Shown: piece by piece, positions 56,452-64,000 of the stretch
Numbering within the stretch: the first letter of the stretch is position 1
Layout of the letters: each line of letters starts with the position of its first letter
Assembly (NCBI GenBank): GCA_966252395.1
Contig: CBINOW010000002.1
Coordinates: forward strand, 13,676 to 77,675
DNA length: 64,000 bases
Direction: 5' to 3'
Source: an uncultured Oleiharenicola sp.
GTDB lineage: Bacteria; Verrucomicrobiota; Verrucomicrobiia; Opitutales; Opitutaceae
Translations under genes and position numbers: made by a program
Notes under the pieces: generated by a model
The model's input: only the letters and a program-made list of their open reading frames with translations
Told to the model about the DNA's origin: nothing
The model's database searches: none

Positions 56452-58610
56452 ACTCTCTCAGCTATCTTCTTCTTGTGGGAGCGAGCTTGCTCGCGACTTC
56501 AGCACCCCTGTCGCGAGCAAGCTCGCTCCCACAGGCCGATCCCGCCACGGTCGTCCCAACCAACGCCCCGCGCACCGGGATCATCGCCGGGCAGCACGAG
56601 GCCTTCCGCGCGTATTGCACGTCCGGCGACGGCGCGACGGCCTTCGCCAAGCTCAGGGCCGACCTCGACCGCGAGTGGCTGGCGTGGCCGCTGCCGGCCG
56701 ATCCCCTCACCTACGGTGATCCCACGCCGTCCAAGCGCGACACCGACAAGACCACCCGCTGGCGCGCCGTGCAGGATCTCTGCGGCCGCGCCACCGGCGT
56801 GGCCGAGGCGGCGACGCTCTGCTGGATCGTGACCGGGGAGGACAAGTATCTGGCCAAGGCCAAGGAACTTCTCCTTGGCCTCGCCAGCTGGCGCTTCGCC
56901 CCCGACTGGAAATCCGGTGAGGTCCCCGGTGCCAGCGACATTTACTACAACGACGAGGCCCACTTCCGCCTCTGGCGCAAACTCCCGCTCATCTACGACC
57001 AGCTGCGCGCCCGCCTCACCCCCGCCGAACGGAAACTCGTGCTCGATCACTTCCGCGAGCGCGGCAACCGCTCCGCCCGCTGGATCGAGGAAGAGGGCAG
57101 CATCTCGCAGATTACCCGCACCTCCATCGCCGCCGACCTCAGCTCTCACCCGGTGCGCTTTATGCCGATGACCGGCCTCGCCGGGCTCGCGCTCTGGGAC
57201 GACCTGCCCGAGGCGCGCGCGTGGTGGGCCTACGCCTATAAGTTCTACCGCGATCAGTTCCCGCCCTTCGGCGGCGACGACGGCGGCTGGGCCGAGGGGA
57301 ACGCCTACTGGCGCGGCACCATGGAGCACGCGGCTTTTCAGGACACCCTCCTCGCCATCGGCGATCCGTCCGCCTATACGGACCCGTTTTGGAAAAATTC
57401 CCCGCTCTTCGCGCTCTACCACGTCCAGCCCTACCTGCACACGACCTTCGGCGACACCTCCAACGCCGGCCGCTTCAACCTCGAGCCGGTCGTCGCTGAC
57501 TACATGGAGCATCTGGCGCGCGTGCAGCAAAATGGTTTCCTCCGCAGCTACGCCGCGCTCTGCACCGACCAGCGCACGCGTCCGGCGGACAAGGGCCTGG
57601 AGAAGCTCAACCGCGTTTACCCGACTGCCGCCGAGTTCCTCGTCCGCAACTTCCTCGCCTCGGCCCGGCCGATGCCGGCCGCGCGTCCGCTCAGCGACTT
57701 GCCGCCGCAGCGCCATTTCGCCGACGTGGGCTGGGTGTCGCTCCACAGCGCACTCGGCGATCCGGCCAACGACATCCACGTCACGTTCAAGGCGTCGCCC
57801 TTCGGCTCGTTCAGCCACAGCCACGCCGACCAGCTCGCCTTCATCCTCAACGCTTACGGCGAGAACCTCGCCATCAACTCCGCCTACCGCGAGTTCCACA
57901 ACTCCCCACACCACCGCGAGTGGACGCGCCAGACGATTTCGAAGAACGCGCTGCTCATCGACGGTCTCGGCCAGAAGGCCCAGAGCAAGGCCGCGACGGG
58001 AGAGATCACGCGCTTCGAAGCCGGCGACCGCTACGTGCTGACCACGGGCGACGCGACCAAGGCCTACGCCACGCTCCAGCCGAAGGGTCGCGTCAAGCGC
58101 GTGACGCGCGACCTCGTCTTCATCGACCAGCGCTATGTCGTCCTGCGCGACCGCGTCGAACTCACCACGCCGGGCAAGCTCTCGTGGCTGCTCCATTCGG
58201 CCAAGACCATCGGATGGCTCGGCGACAACCGCGCCATCCTCGACGGTGACCTCGGCAAGGCCGCGCTGCAGGTGAAACTCGTCTCGCCCGGCGTCGAGTG
58301 GCAGGCGCAGGTTAAGGATCACTTCCCGGTGCCCGTTGACGCCCGCTACGCGAGCGGTGAAGTCGGCGGCGACTATGTTACCGGCAAGTGGTCCGATCAC
58401 TCCCACCTCACGCTCGAAAGCGCGGCGCCCGCCGCGTCGTTCACCGTGTATGCGGTCCTCTTTCCCTACCGTTCAGTTGCACCCGAAGGCGCGGCCCTGC
58501 GCGTGGCCTTCGTGGACGCCACCCTCACGCCCGACGGTGAGCTCGCCATCACCCACGCCGGCACCTCGATCCGCCTGAAACTCACCGATGATTCGATCCA
58601 GCTCCGCTAG
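56448..58610 (+). CDS. heparinase II/III-like polysaccharide lyase family protein
   Basis: The ATG overlaps the upstream stop (ATGA). Motifs GGWAEGNAYW and FGSFSHSHADQLAFILNAYGENLAINSAY match heparinase II/III (PL15/PL17-type architecture). Confidence 0.75.
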   Translation: MNSLSYLLLVGASLLATSAPLSRASSLPQADPATVVPTNAPRTGIIAGQHEAFRAYCTSGDGATAFAKLRADLDREWLAWPLPADPLTYGDPTPSKRDTDKTTRWRAVQDLCGRATGVAEAATLCWIVTGEDKYLAKAKELLLGLASWRFAPDWKSGEVPGASDIYYNDEAHFRLWRKLPLIYDQLRARLTPAERKLVLDHFRERGNRSARWIEEEGSISQITRTSIAADLSSHPVRFMPMTGLAGLALWDDLPEARAWWAYAYKFYRDQFPPFGGDDGGWAEGNAYWRGTMEHAAFQDTLLAIGDPSAYTDPFWKNSPLFALYHVQPYLHTTFGDTSNAGRFNLEPVVADYMEHLARVQQNGFLRSYAALCTDQRTRPADKGLEKLNRVYPTAAEFLVRNFLASARPMPAARPLSDLPPQRHFADVGWVSLHSALGDPANDIHVTFKASPFGSFSHSHADQLAFILNAYGENLAINSAYREFHNSPHHREWTRQTISKNALLIDGLGQKAQSKAATGEITRFEAGDRYVLTTGDATKAYATLQPKGRVKRVTRDLVFIDQRYVVLRDRVELTTPGKLSWLLHSAKTIGWLGDNRAILDGDLGKAALQVKLVSPGVEWQAQVKDHFPVPVDARYASGEVGGDYVTGKWSDHSHLTLESAAPAASFTVYAVLFPYRSVAPEGAALRVAFVDATLTPDGELAITHAGTSIRLKLTDDSIQLR
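56475..56532. repeat. 58-bp perfect palindrome (GTGGGAGCGAGCTTGCTCGCGAC - 12 nt - reverse complement) inside a CDS
   Basis: Arms 56475..56497 and 56510..56532 are exact reverse complements. Each arm contains its own hairpin, gcgagcttgctcgc. The element encodes residues 10-29 of the heparinase II/III-like protein. Confidence 0.85.
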
Positions 58611-59646
58611 CCTGCTTCTCGCCCTTCTCGCTGCACAACTCCCCGCCGCGGAACCCTGGCTGCTCCCACCCGCCGAACTCGCCGAGCTGGCGAAGCGCGC
58701 CCCCGCCGCGCTGAGCGTGCCAATCACGACCGTGGTGGACGGCGATTCCCTGCCCGGCGGCGATCCGCACGACTACATCAGCTACGCCCGCTACTACTGG
58801 CCCAATCCGAAGACCGCCGACGGCCTGCCCTTCGTCAGCCGCGACGGCGACCACAACCGCGACCAGGTGGCCAAGGGCGACCGCGCGCGCATCGACGTGT
58901 TCGCCAACACCGTCACCCGCCTTGCCGCCGCGTGGCACCTGAACCGCGACGAAGCTGCCGCGCGCCGCGCGGGCGAGTGGCTCCGCGCCTGGTATCTCGC
59001 CCCGGCCACGCGCATGAACCCGAACCTCGACTACGCGCAGGTGCGCCTCGGCCACAAAAACAACCGCGGCAACCCGGCTGGCGTGCTCGACACGCGCGAC
59101 TTCGCCAAGGTCATCGACGCCCTGCACCTGATCGAGGATTCGCCCGCGCTCACGGCCGACGAACACACGGCCATCCGCGCTTGGTTCGCCCGTTACCTCG
59201 ACTGGCTGCTCAAGGCCCCCAACGCCGTGGCCGAACGCGCCGCCAAGAACAACCACGCCACTTGGTATTACGCCCACGCGATTCCCGTCGCCCGCTACGC
59301 CGGCCGCGACGACGTCGCCCGCGAACTCTGCGCCGAGGCCCGCGACCGCATCGCCGACCACATCCGTCCTGACGGCAGCCAGCCCGAGGAAATCCGCCGC
59401 GTGGACGGGCTCGGTTACAGCCGGTTCAACCTCGAAGCCTACGCCGCCATCGCCCGCCACGCCCGCGGCCTGGGTTTCGACCTCTGGAACTACACCGCTC
59501 CCAGCGGCGCGAGCCTGCGCCAGGCGCTGGAATTTCTTCGCCCCTACAACGTCACCCCCGAAAAGTGGCCCACCTCCCAGAAGGAGAAGCTGGCCCCCGG
59601 CTTCCTCGACGACCTCCTCGCCGAAGCCGCCGCCGCCAAACCCTGA
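58588..59646 (+). CDS. alginate-lyase-fold (PL5-like, alpha/alpha toroid) polysaccharide lyase
   Basis: Signal peptide, then YYWPNP, RDGDHN and NNHATWYY, as in the alginate lyase / chondroitin AC lyase superfamily. Confidence 0.7.
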   Translation: MIRSSSASLLLALLAAQLPAAEPWLLPPAELAELAKRAPAALSVPITTVVDGDSLPGGDPHDYISYARYYWPNPKTADGLPFVSRDGDHNRDQVAKGDRARIDVFANTVTRLAAAWHLNRDEAAARRAGEWLRAWYLAPATRMNPNLDYAQVRLGHKNNRGNPAGVLDTRDFAKVIDALHLIEDSPALTADEHTAIRAWFARYLDWLLKAPNAVAERAAKNNHATWYYAHAIPVARYAGRDDVARELCAEARDRIADHIRPDGSQPEEIRRVDGLGYSRFNLEAYAAIARHARGLGFDLWNYTAPSGASLRQALEFLRPYNVTPEKWPTSQKEKLAPGFLDDLLAEAAAAKP

Positions 59647-59659
59647 CTTCGGACAGGTT

Positions 59660-59855
59660 GGCCACAAAAAGCACGAAGAGCTCAGAAATTGAACCGCTCT
59701 GAATCAACCGACGTCCGTGGCCAGTGTCTTGTGCCCCTCTGTGTTCTCTGTGCTCTCTGTGTTAAACTGCTTTCGCATTAAACACAGAGTTCACAAAGGA
59801 CTCAGAGAAAACCCACCCCCCGCCTTGTTTTGCGTCTTCTGTGCTTTTTGTGGCC
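59660..59855. repeat. family E composite, 196-bp nested palindrome
   Basis: Perfect 15-bp outer inverted repeat, ggccacaaaaagcac (59660..59674) / gtgctttttgtggcc (59841..59855). Inside are a ctctgtgYt x3 tandem and the hairpin ctctgtgttaaa...ttaaacacagag. Confidence 0.7.
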
Positions 59856-59895
59856 AATCCTCTCTGAGGAGATTCTCTTCTCCTCCTCCTCTCCG

Positions 59896-60771
59896 ATGAT
59901 CCTGCGCTCCCTGATTCTCGCCTTCGCCCTTACGGTTTCCCTCGCCGCCCAGTCCGCCGACGAGGCTGACGGTCCGCTGAAGGTTGAGACGCCGCTCACG
60001 CTGCCCGGTGCCGAGACCTTCATCTACAGCGACCTGCCGCCCGAGCCGATGCGGCTGCACGTCTTCAAGCCGAAGGATTGGTCGGCAGCGGACCAACGCC
60101 CCGCCTGGATTCATTTCTTCGGCGGCGGCTTCCTCAACGGCACGCCGCTGCAATCCGCCGGCTACGGCCGCAACGCCGCCAAGCTCGGGATCGTCGGCAT
60201 CGCCGTGGACTACCGCGTGAAGAACCGCCACGGCACCGACGCCTCGGCCTGCGTGGCCGACGCCCGCGCCGCGCTCCACTGGGTGCAGACCCACGCCGCC
60301 GAACTCGGCATCGATCCCACCCGCGTCATCGTCAGCGGCTCCTCCGCCGGCGGCCACCTCGCGCTTTGGACCGGCATCACAGCCTCGCCCTGGGGCAGCG
60401 ACCCCGCCAAAGCCCCGCTCCACAAGCCTGCCGCGCTCATCCTCCTCAGCGCCGCCAGCGACACGAGCGAAGTCACCGGTCAGCGCGCCAATCGCTTCGC
60501 CGGCCACGGCGCCGATCTGTCACCCGCTCAGCACCTCGACGACAAAATGCCGCCGACCCTGATCTTCCACGGCGACGCCGACCCCACCGTGCCCTACAAA
60601 TATTCCGTCTCGCTCCTAGAAAAGCTCCGTGCCACCGGCAACGTCAGCGAACTCGTCACCCTCCCCGGCGGCGCCCACAACCTGAACACCCCTGAACAAC
60701 GCGCCACCATCGCCGCGCGGTCGAAGGCGTTTCTGGAGCGGCTGAAACTGTTGCAGAGCGACTCGAAATGA
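59896..60771 (+). CDS. secreted alpha/beta-hydrolase esterase
   Basis: Signal peptide MILRSLILAFALTVSLAA, then HFFGGGF, a GSSAGGHLA nucleophile elbow and FHGDADPTVP. Confidence 0.75.
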   Translation: MILRSLILAFALTVSLAAQSADEADGPLKVETPLTLPGAETFIYSDLPPEPMRLHVFKPKDWSAADQRPAWIHFFGGGFLNGTPLQSAGYGRNAAKLGIVGIAVDYRVKNRHGTDASACVADARAALHWVQTHAAELGIDPTRVIVSGSSAGGHLALWTGITASPWGSDPAKAPLHKPAALILLSAASDTSEVTGQRANRFAGHGADLSPAQHLDDKMPPTLIFHGDADPTVPYKYSVSLLEKLRATGNVSELVTLPGGAHNLNTPEQRATIAARSKAFLERLKLLQSDSK

Positions 60772-60916
60772 CAGGCCGCACATCGTGGCGTCTTACACCC
60801 ACCTGCTGACCCCGTATTAACCACAAAGACACCGAGACACAGAGGTCGGAAAGGTTTCTTCTCTGTGCCTTCGTGCCTTTGTGGTGAATCCGTTCAGAGA
60901 ATGCCGGATCTTTTCG
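60701..60916. repeat. direct repeat copy A (esterase 3' end plus hairpin element)
   Basis: Aligns by eye with 62583..62775. The blocks cgcgccaMcatcgccgcgcggtcRaaGRcgtttctggagcggYtgaaRctgttgc and ccacaaag..ggtcggaaaggtttct..ctctgtgccttcgtg.ctttgtggtgaat..gaatgccgga are shared, while the middle has diverged. Confidence 0.75.
60820..60885. repeat. family E hairpin element (likely terminator of the esterase gene)
   Basis: accacaaagacaccgagacacagag gtcggaaaggtttctt ctctgtgccttcgtgcctttgtggt. Confidence 0.75.
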
Positions 60917-60939
60917 AACATCCTCCCCTGCAAAATCGG

Positions 60940-62520
60940 CTAAGGATTCTCGAGCGGATAGCTGATCTTGCGACCGTCCGCTGTGGTCACCCGTAACGGC
61001 CGGCCCAGCTTGAAACTCAAGCCGCGGTAGTCCTCACCGGCGACCGGGTTGATCCTTCTGACATATTTGTCCGGCCCGACGATCTGGTCGAAGGTGGTGG
61101 TCTCAACGCCATGCTCGAGATAATACTGGTCCGCGGCGGCCGACAGCTGCCGCAGATTGTTCAGCACCGCCTTTTCCTGCGAGGTGGCGCGAACCTTTTG
61201 GAAGGCCGGGATGGCCATCGCCGCCATGAGCCCGACCGTCATCGGATTGTAGATCGCGAGGGTGGCGACGTCTTGTTTGAGCGAACGGTTCCAATAGGAC
61301 TGCACGAGGATGCCGTCGGGCAGATTGCGGCGCACGCTCACCAAGGGCCGTTCCGTCTCGGGCAGCGCCCCCATGATCATGTTTAGTGCGCGCTTGGTCT
61401 CCGCCGGCATCTGCGGATTGAGCGTTTCGACCCGGCGCAACTGCCGGAAGAAATTTGGGCTGAGATAGGTCAGGGCGTTGCCCTCCGGTCCGACGCGCGC
61501 GAGCGCCTCCTTGAAGCCGCTGCTTTGCGCGAGGCCCGCCGGGGCCGCGGCACGGCATTCACGCAGGTATTCCACTGTCGTGGCGATGAACACCGCGTTG
61601 CCCTCGATGGCGAGGACCGGCTGAAGCCCCGGGACCGGCATCGGCTGCGCGACACTGTAGAGCTTCATCGGACCCTCCTGCGTCATCTTGAGAAACGGCT
61701 GTTTGGCCAACATCGGCTCGACGGCCGGGGCGACGCCATCAATGCAGATCAGCAGGGAGATCGCCGGGAGCGTCACCACCTGTCCGGGGCCGCTCGGCAC
61801 CCGCAGCTCCTTGTCCGGATCCAGCCGCATGACCACGGCTGCGCGGCCCTTCAGGCCCTGGATGAAGCTGTAGAGCGAAAACGCGACGTTTTCGCCGGTG
61901 CGCTTCAGGACCGCTTCCAACTCGTCAGCCGACTGGGGACTGGCCACCTTGGCCGCCACCTCACGCACCGTCGCATAGATGGCTGGCAGGTCCATTTCCG
62001 CCTCGGAATAAAAGTCCGTGTTGGCCGGGGCCAAGCCCAGCCGGGCAAAGGGTGCGGGCTTCCCACCCAATCCGGCGAGCAGGCCATGTCGCCCCTCCGG
62101 AGCATAGAAGAAGGTGCGGTTGCGATAATATCCCGTCCCATCCGGCACGGAACTGAAACCAGCGGCCTTGATGTCGGTCAGGCCAAGGATGGTGAAGAGC
62201 GCACCCCAATCCTGGTTCGCAAACGGCGCGGCCTCCGGCGACGCAGCCCCGATCTGTTTCACCACGTCGCCGACCGTGCCGGCGAGGCTCAGGACGTCTC
62301 CGTCCACGTCAACATACCCGTAGAGCGGACCGCCGAGCTCGAGCTGTTGACTGACCGCGAGAAAATGCCGGCTGCGTTCCTGCTCTTTCACCACCTCAAT
62401 CGTCCTGGCCTTGGGTGCAGTGGCGGACGCAGGTGCGGGCGCCTCCTCTTTTTTCGCACAGCCTCCCAGGGAAGCCAACAATGCAACGCACAACCCCGCC
62501 GCCAGCAGATGGTTTTTCAT
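60940..62520 (-). CDS. lipoprotein with an uncharacterised roughly 420-aa domain fused to a C-terminal pilin/pseudopilin-like module
   Basis: Lipobox LASLGGC at the N-terminus. Residues about 425-470 read MTVGLMAAMAIPAFQKVRATSQEKAVLNNLRQLSAAADQYYLEHG, resembling the mature N-terminal helix of T2SS/type IV pilin-like proteins, but without a prepilin G/FTLxE site. Confidence 0.6.
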   Translation of the reverse strand: MKNHLLAAGLCVALLASLGGCAKKEEAPAPASATAPKARTIEVVKEQERSRHFLAVSQQLELGGPLYGYVDVDGDVLSLAGTVGDVVKQIGAASPEAAPFANQDWGALFTILGLTDIKAAGFSSVPDGTGYYRNRTFFYAPEGRHGLLAGLGGKPAPFARLGLAPANTDFYSEAEMDLPAIYATVREVAAKVASPQSADELEAVLKRTGENVAFSLYSFIQGLKGRAAVVMRLDPDKELRVPSGPGQVVTLPAISLLICIDGVAPAVEPMLAKQPFLKMTQEGPMKLYSVAQPMPVPGLQPVLAIEGNAVFIATTVEYLRECRAAAPAGLAQSSGFKEALARVGPEGNALTYLSPNFFRQLRRVETLNPQMPAETKRALNMIMGALPETERPLVSVRRNLPDGILVQSYWNRSLKQDVATLAIYNPMTVGLMAAMAIPAFQKVRATSQEKAVLNNLRQLSAAADQYYLEHGVETTTFDQIVGPDKYVRRINPVAGEDYRGLSFKLGRPLRVTTADGRKISYPLENP

Positions 62521-62591
62521 GCGACGGCCAGCCTAGCCGCAGCCTCGTTAAGCGCGGAAGCCAAATCTGAGTCTTACGGCGCCGCGCCAAC

Positions 62592-62639
62592 ATCGCCGCG
62601 CGGTCAAAGACGTTTCTGGAGCGGTTGAAGCTGTTGCCA
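62592..62639 (+). pseudogene. remnant copy of the 3' end of the esterase gene 59896..60771
   Basis: Translates as IAARSKTFLERLKLLP, compared with IAARSKAFLERLKLLQSDSK at the end of the esterase. No upstream ORF body. Part of direct repeat copy B. Confidence 0.5.
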
Positions 62640-62680
62640 GGCGCCCCTGAGAGAACCCGCACCTTGCAATCCGGCGTGAA

Positions 62681-62745
62681 ACACAAAGGCACTAAGACTC
62701 AAAGGTCGGAAAGGTTTCTGCTCTGTGCCTTCGTGTCTTTGTGGT
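62681..62745. repeat. family E hairpin element
   Basis: acacaaaggcactaagactcaaag gtcggaaaggtttctg ctctgtgccttcgtgtctttgtggt. The loop is nearly identical to that of 60820..60885. Confidence 0.75.
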
Positions 62746-62849
62746 GAATTCGCCTTCGGAATGCCGGACCTTTCGTGGCCAGTGGCTCGGGATCTTGCAC
62801 GGATTCGAAACAGTCACGCCCCTCCATTTAGGGCGGTATAAACTGAAGT

Positions 62850-62934
62850 GTAGCCGCTTTGGAGCGCAGCGACAAAGTGGTCGCCCCTGGCCACGCTTTC
62901 GCCTGCGGCTTAAAGCGCGGCTACAACTTTTATG
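62850..62934. repeat. REP-like family C, full element
   Basis: gtagccgctttggagcgcagcgacaaagtgg...ccacgctttcgcctgcggcttaaagcgcggctac. Confidence 0.75.
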
Positions 62935-63015
62935 AATGTGCTATGCGGCAGCGTTCTAGCTGGCCTCGCTGAGGCCGGGCTGGGATCGGCGACCCTGACT
63001 ACAGCCGGACCAGAA

Positions 63016-63040
63016 CCGGGGTGAGGGCACCCCGGCTCCA
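63016..63040. repeat. REP-like family B (variant)
   Basis: ccggggtgagggcaccccggctcca, with two compensatory-looking substitutions in the stem. Confidence 0.75.
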
Positions 63041-63090
63041 GCGATCACGCCGTCCGTGTATTCCGTGTGTTCCGTGGGCCCTTGTCCCGC

Positions 63091-64000
63091 TCAGAACTTC
63101 GAGCTAAGCGAGAGCATCACGCGGCCGGGGTTGCCGCGGGACTGGTTGGCGTTGAAGTATTCGGTGTCGGCGATGTTCTTCCACGCGAGCGTGGCGCTCC
63201 AGCTGGCGCCGGCGGCCTTCCAGTCGTAGCCGATTGTGGCGTCGAAGATCGTGTCAGCTTCGAGGAAGAGCCGCGGGTTGGCCGTGCGCTGGGCCTTGTC
63301 GCCCGTGTGCACGAAGCCGCCGCCGAGCCAGACGTTCTTGAGCGGGCCGTCGGTGAAGGTGTAACGGGTCCAGAGCGTGGCGAGCGTCTCGGCCGAGCCC
63401 TCGGGCACGGCGTTGAGGATGAGGCCCTTCGCCTCGTTGTAGGCGGCGAGGTAGGCGGCCTGCGCGGCGGCATCGGTGCTGCCACTATAGACCGGGTTGG
63501 CGGCGAACTCGGCCTTGATCGTCTTGATGTCCATCAGGCTCAGCGTGGCAAATATCTGCCAGTTGTTGCGCGGCGACCAGGTGACCTCGAACTCGAAACC
63601 CTCGCTCTGGTCCACCGTGCCCTGCGAGGTGAGGGTCGGGAACGAGCCGTCGGGCGCGGTCTGGCGGAAGCGCAGGACGCGGTCCTTGCGCTCCAGGTGG
63701 AACCACGAGAGCGTGGACGACACGCGGCCCTCGAGGAAGTCGGTCTTGATGCCGAACTCGTAGCCGCTGCCCGTGGTGGGCTTGGCGGGGGTGGTGACCG
63801 TGACGGCGTTGGTCGAGCTGGTGGGCAACGCGGGGTTGTAGGCGGGGTTCCACGCGGTGAGCGAGCGGTCCTCGATGAAGAACGACTCGGAATAGCTCGC
63901 GAAGAGCAGGAGGTCGGGCCGCACCTTGAAGCCGGCGCCGAACTGCGGCGTGGTCTCGCTGGCCTCGAACTTGTCGCCCACGACCGGGTCGCCGAGCGGG
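63091..64000 (-). CDS. TonB-dependent receptor, C-terminal part (gene continues beyond the window end)
   Basis: Beta-barrel-like alternating pattern ending in LSLSSKF. The frame stays open up to the window edge. Confidence 0.8.
   Translation of the reverse strand, partial: PLGDPVVGDKFEASETTPQFGAGFKVRPDLLLFASYSESFFIEDRSLTAWNPAYNPALPTSSTNAVTVTTPAKPTTGSGYEFGIKTDFLEGRVSSTLSWFHLERKDRVLRFRQTAPDGSFPTLTSQGTVDQSEGFEFEVTWSPRNNWQIFATLSLMDIKTIKAEFAANPVYSGSTDAAAQAAYLAAYNEAKGLILNAVPEGSAETLATLWTRYTFTDGPLKNVWLGGGFVHTGDKAQRTANPRLFLEADTIFDATIGYDWKAAGASWSATLAWKNIADTEYFNANQSRGNPGRVMLSLSSKF

Larger units (their letters stand above)
62583..62775. repeat. direct repeat copy B
   Basis: See copy A. The two copies bracket the gene 60940..62520. 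Confidence 0.75.

Noticed and set aside
59717-59899. 60-aa ORF in the intergenic region upstream of the esterase gene, and other 60-100-aa ORFs inside repeat regions (for example 62741..62935 and 25982..26173).
   Set aside because: They are entirely composed of repeat or hairpin sequence, have no start context, and their reading frames are not preserved between repeat copies.
60701-62775. Insertion sequence or transposon interpretation of the repeat-bracketed gene.
   Set aside because: There is no transposase, integrase or recombinase ORF and no terminal inverted repeats. The repeats are direct and about 200 bp long, far longer than target-site duplications. I report it as an unexplained duplication, not as a mobile element.

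Overview
The window is visibly GC-rich DNA (about two-thirds G+C by eye, not computed). I can support 41 protein-coding genes and no rRNA, tRNA, CRISPR array, transposase or integrase. The protein repertoire and repeat content look like a Verrucomicrobiota (Opitutaceae-like) genome, but that is inference only.

Gene content:
- 2..49450 is a large pectin / rhamnogalacturonan-I (RG-I) and L-rhamnose utilisation supercluster. It encodes GH53, three alpha/beta-hydrolase esterases, PL11, GH28, CE12 (one single-domain and one tandem-domain protein), GH43, GH39-like, GH105, GH2, GH106-like, L-rhamnose mutarotase and a RhaS-type ABC importer. It also encodes two Na+/solute symporters, a roughly 1250-aa TonB-dependent receptor and a LacI regulator.
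- 49505..59646 is a separate LacI-controlled operon: symporter, PMI-type cupin, 2-hydroxyacid dehydrogenase, DUF2264, heparinase II/III-like and alginate-lyase-like proteins. It looks like an uncharacterised uronate-glycan pathway.

No defence, toxin or mobile system is visible. The less ordinary signals are:
1. A lipoprotein whose C-terminus is a pilin/pseudopilin-like module. Its gene is bracketed by roughly 200-bp direct repeats that duplicate the 3' end of the neighbouring esterase gene.
2. A low-GC orphan gene inside the locus.
3. At least six families of REP-like palindromic elements. Three of them lie inside the 5' coding regions or signal peptides of secreted enzymes.
4. A recurring GACAG(G)TCCG box in five promoter regions of the rhamnose/RG genes.
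5. A perfect 22-bp palindrome in front of the second operon.

All family assignments come from motifs read by eye and from memory of those families. No database search was run. Start codons are less certain than stops.
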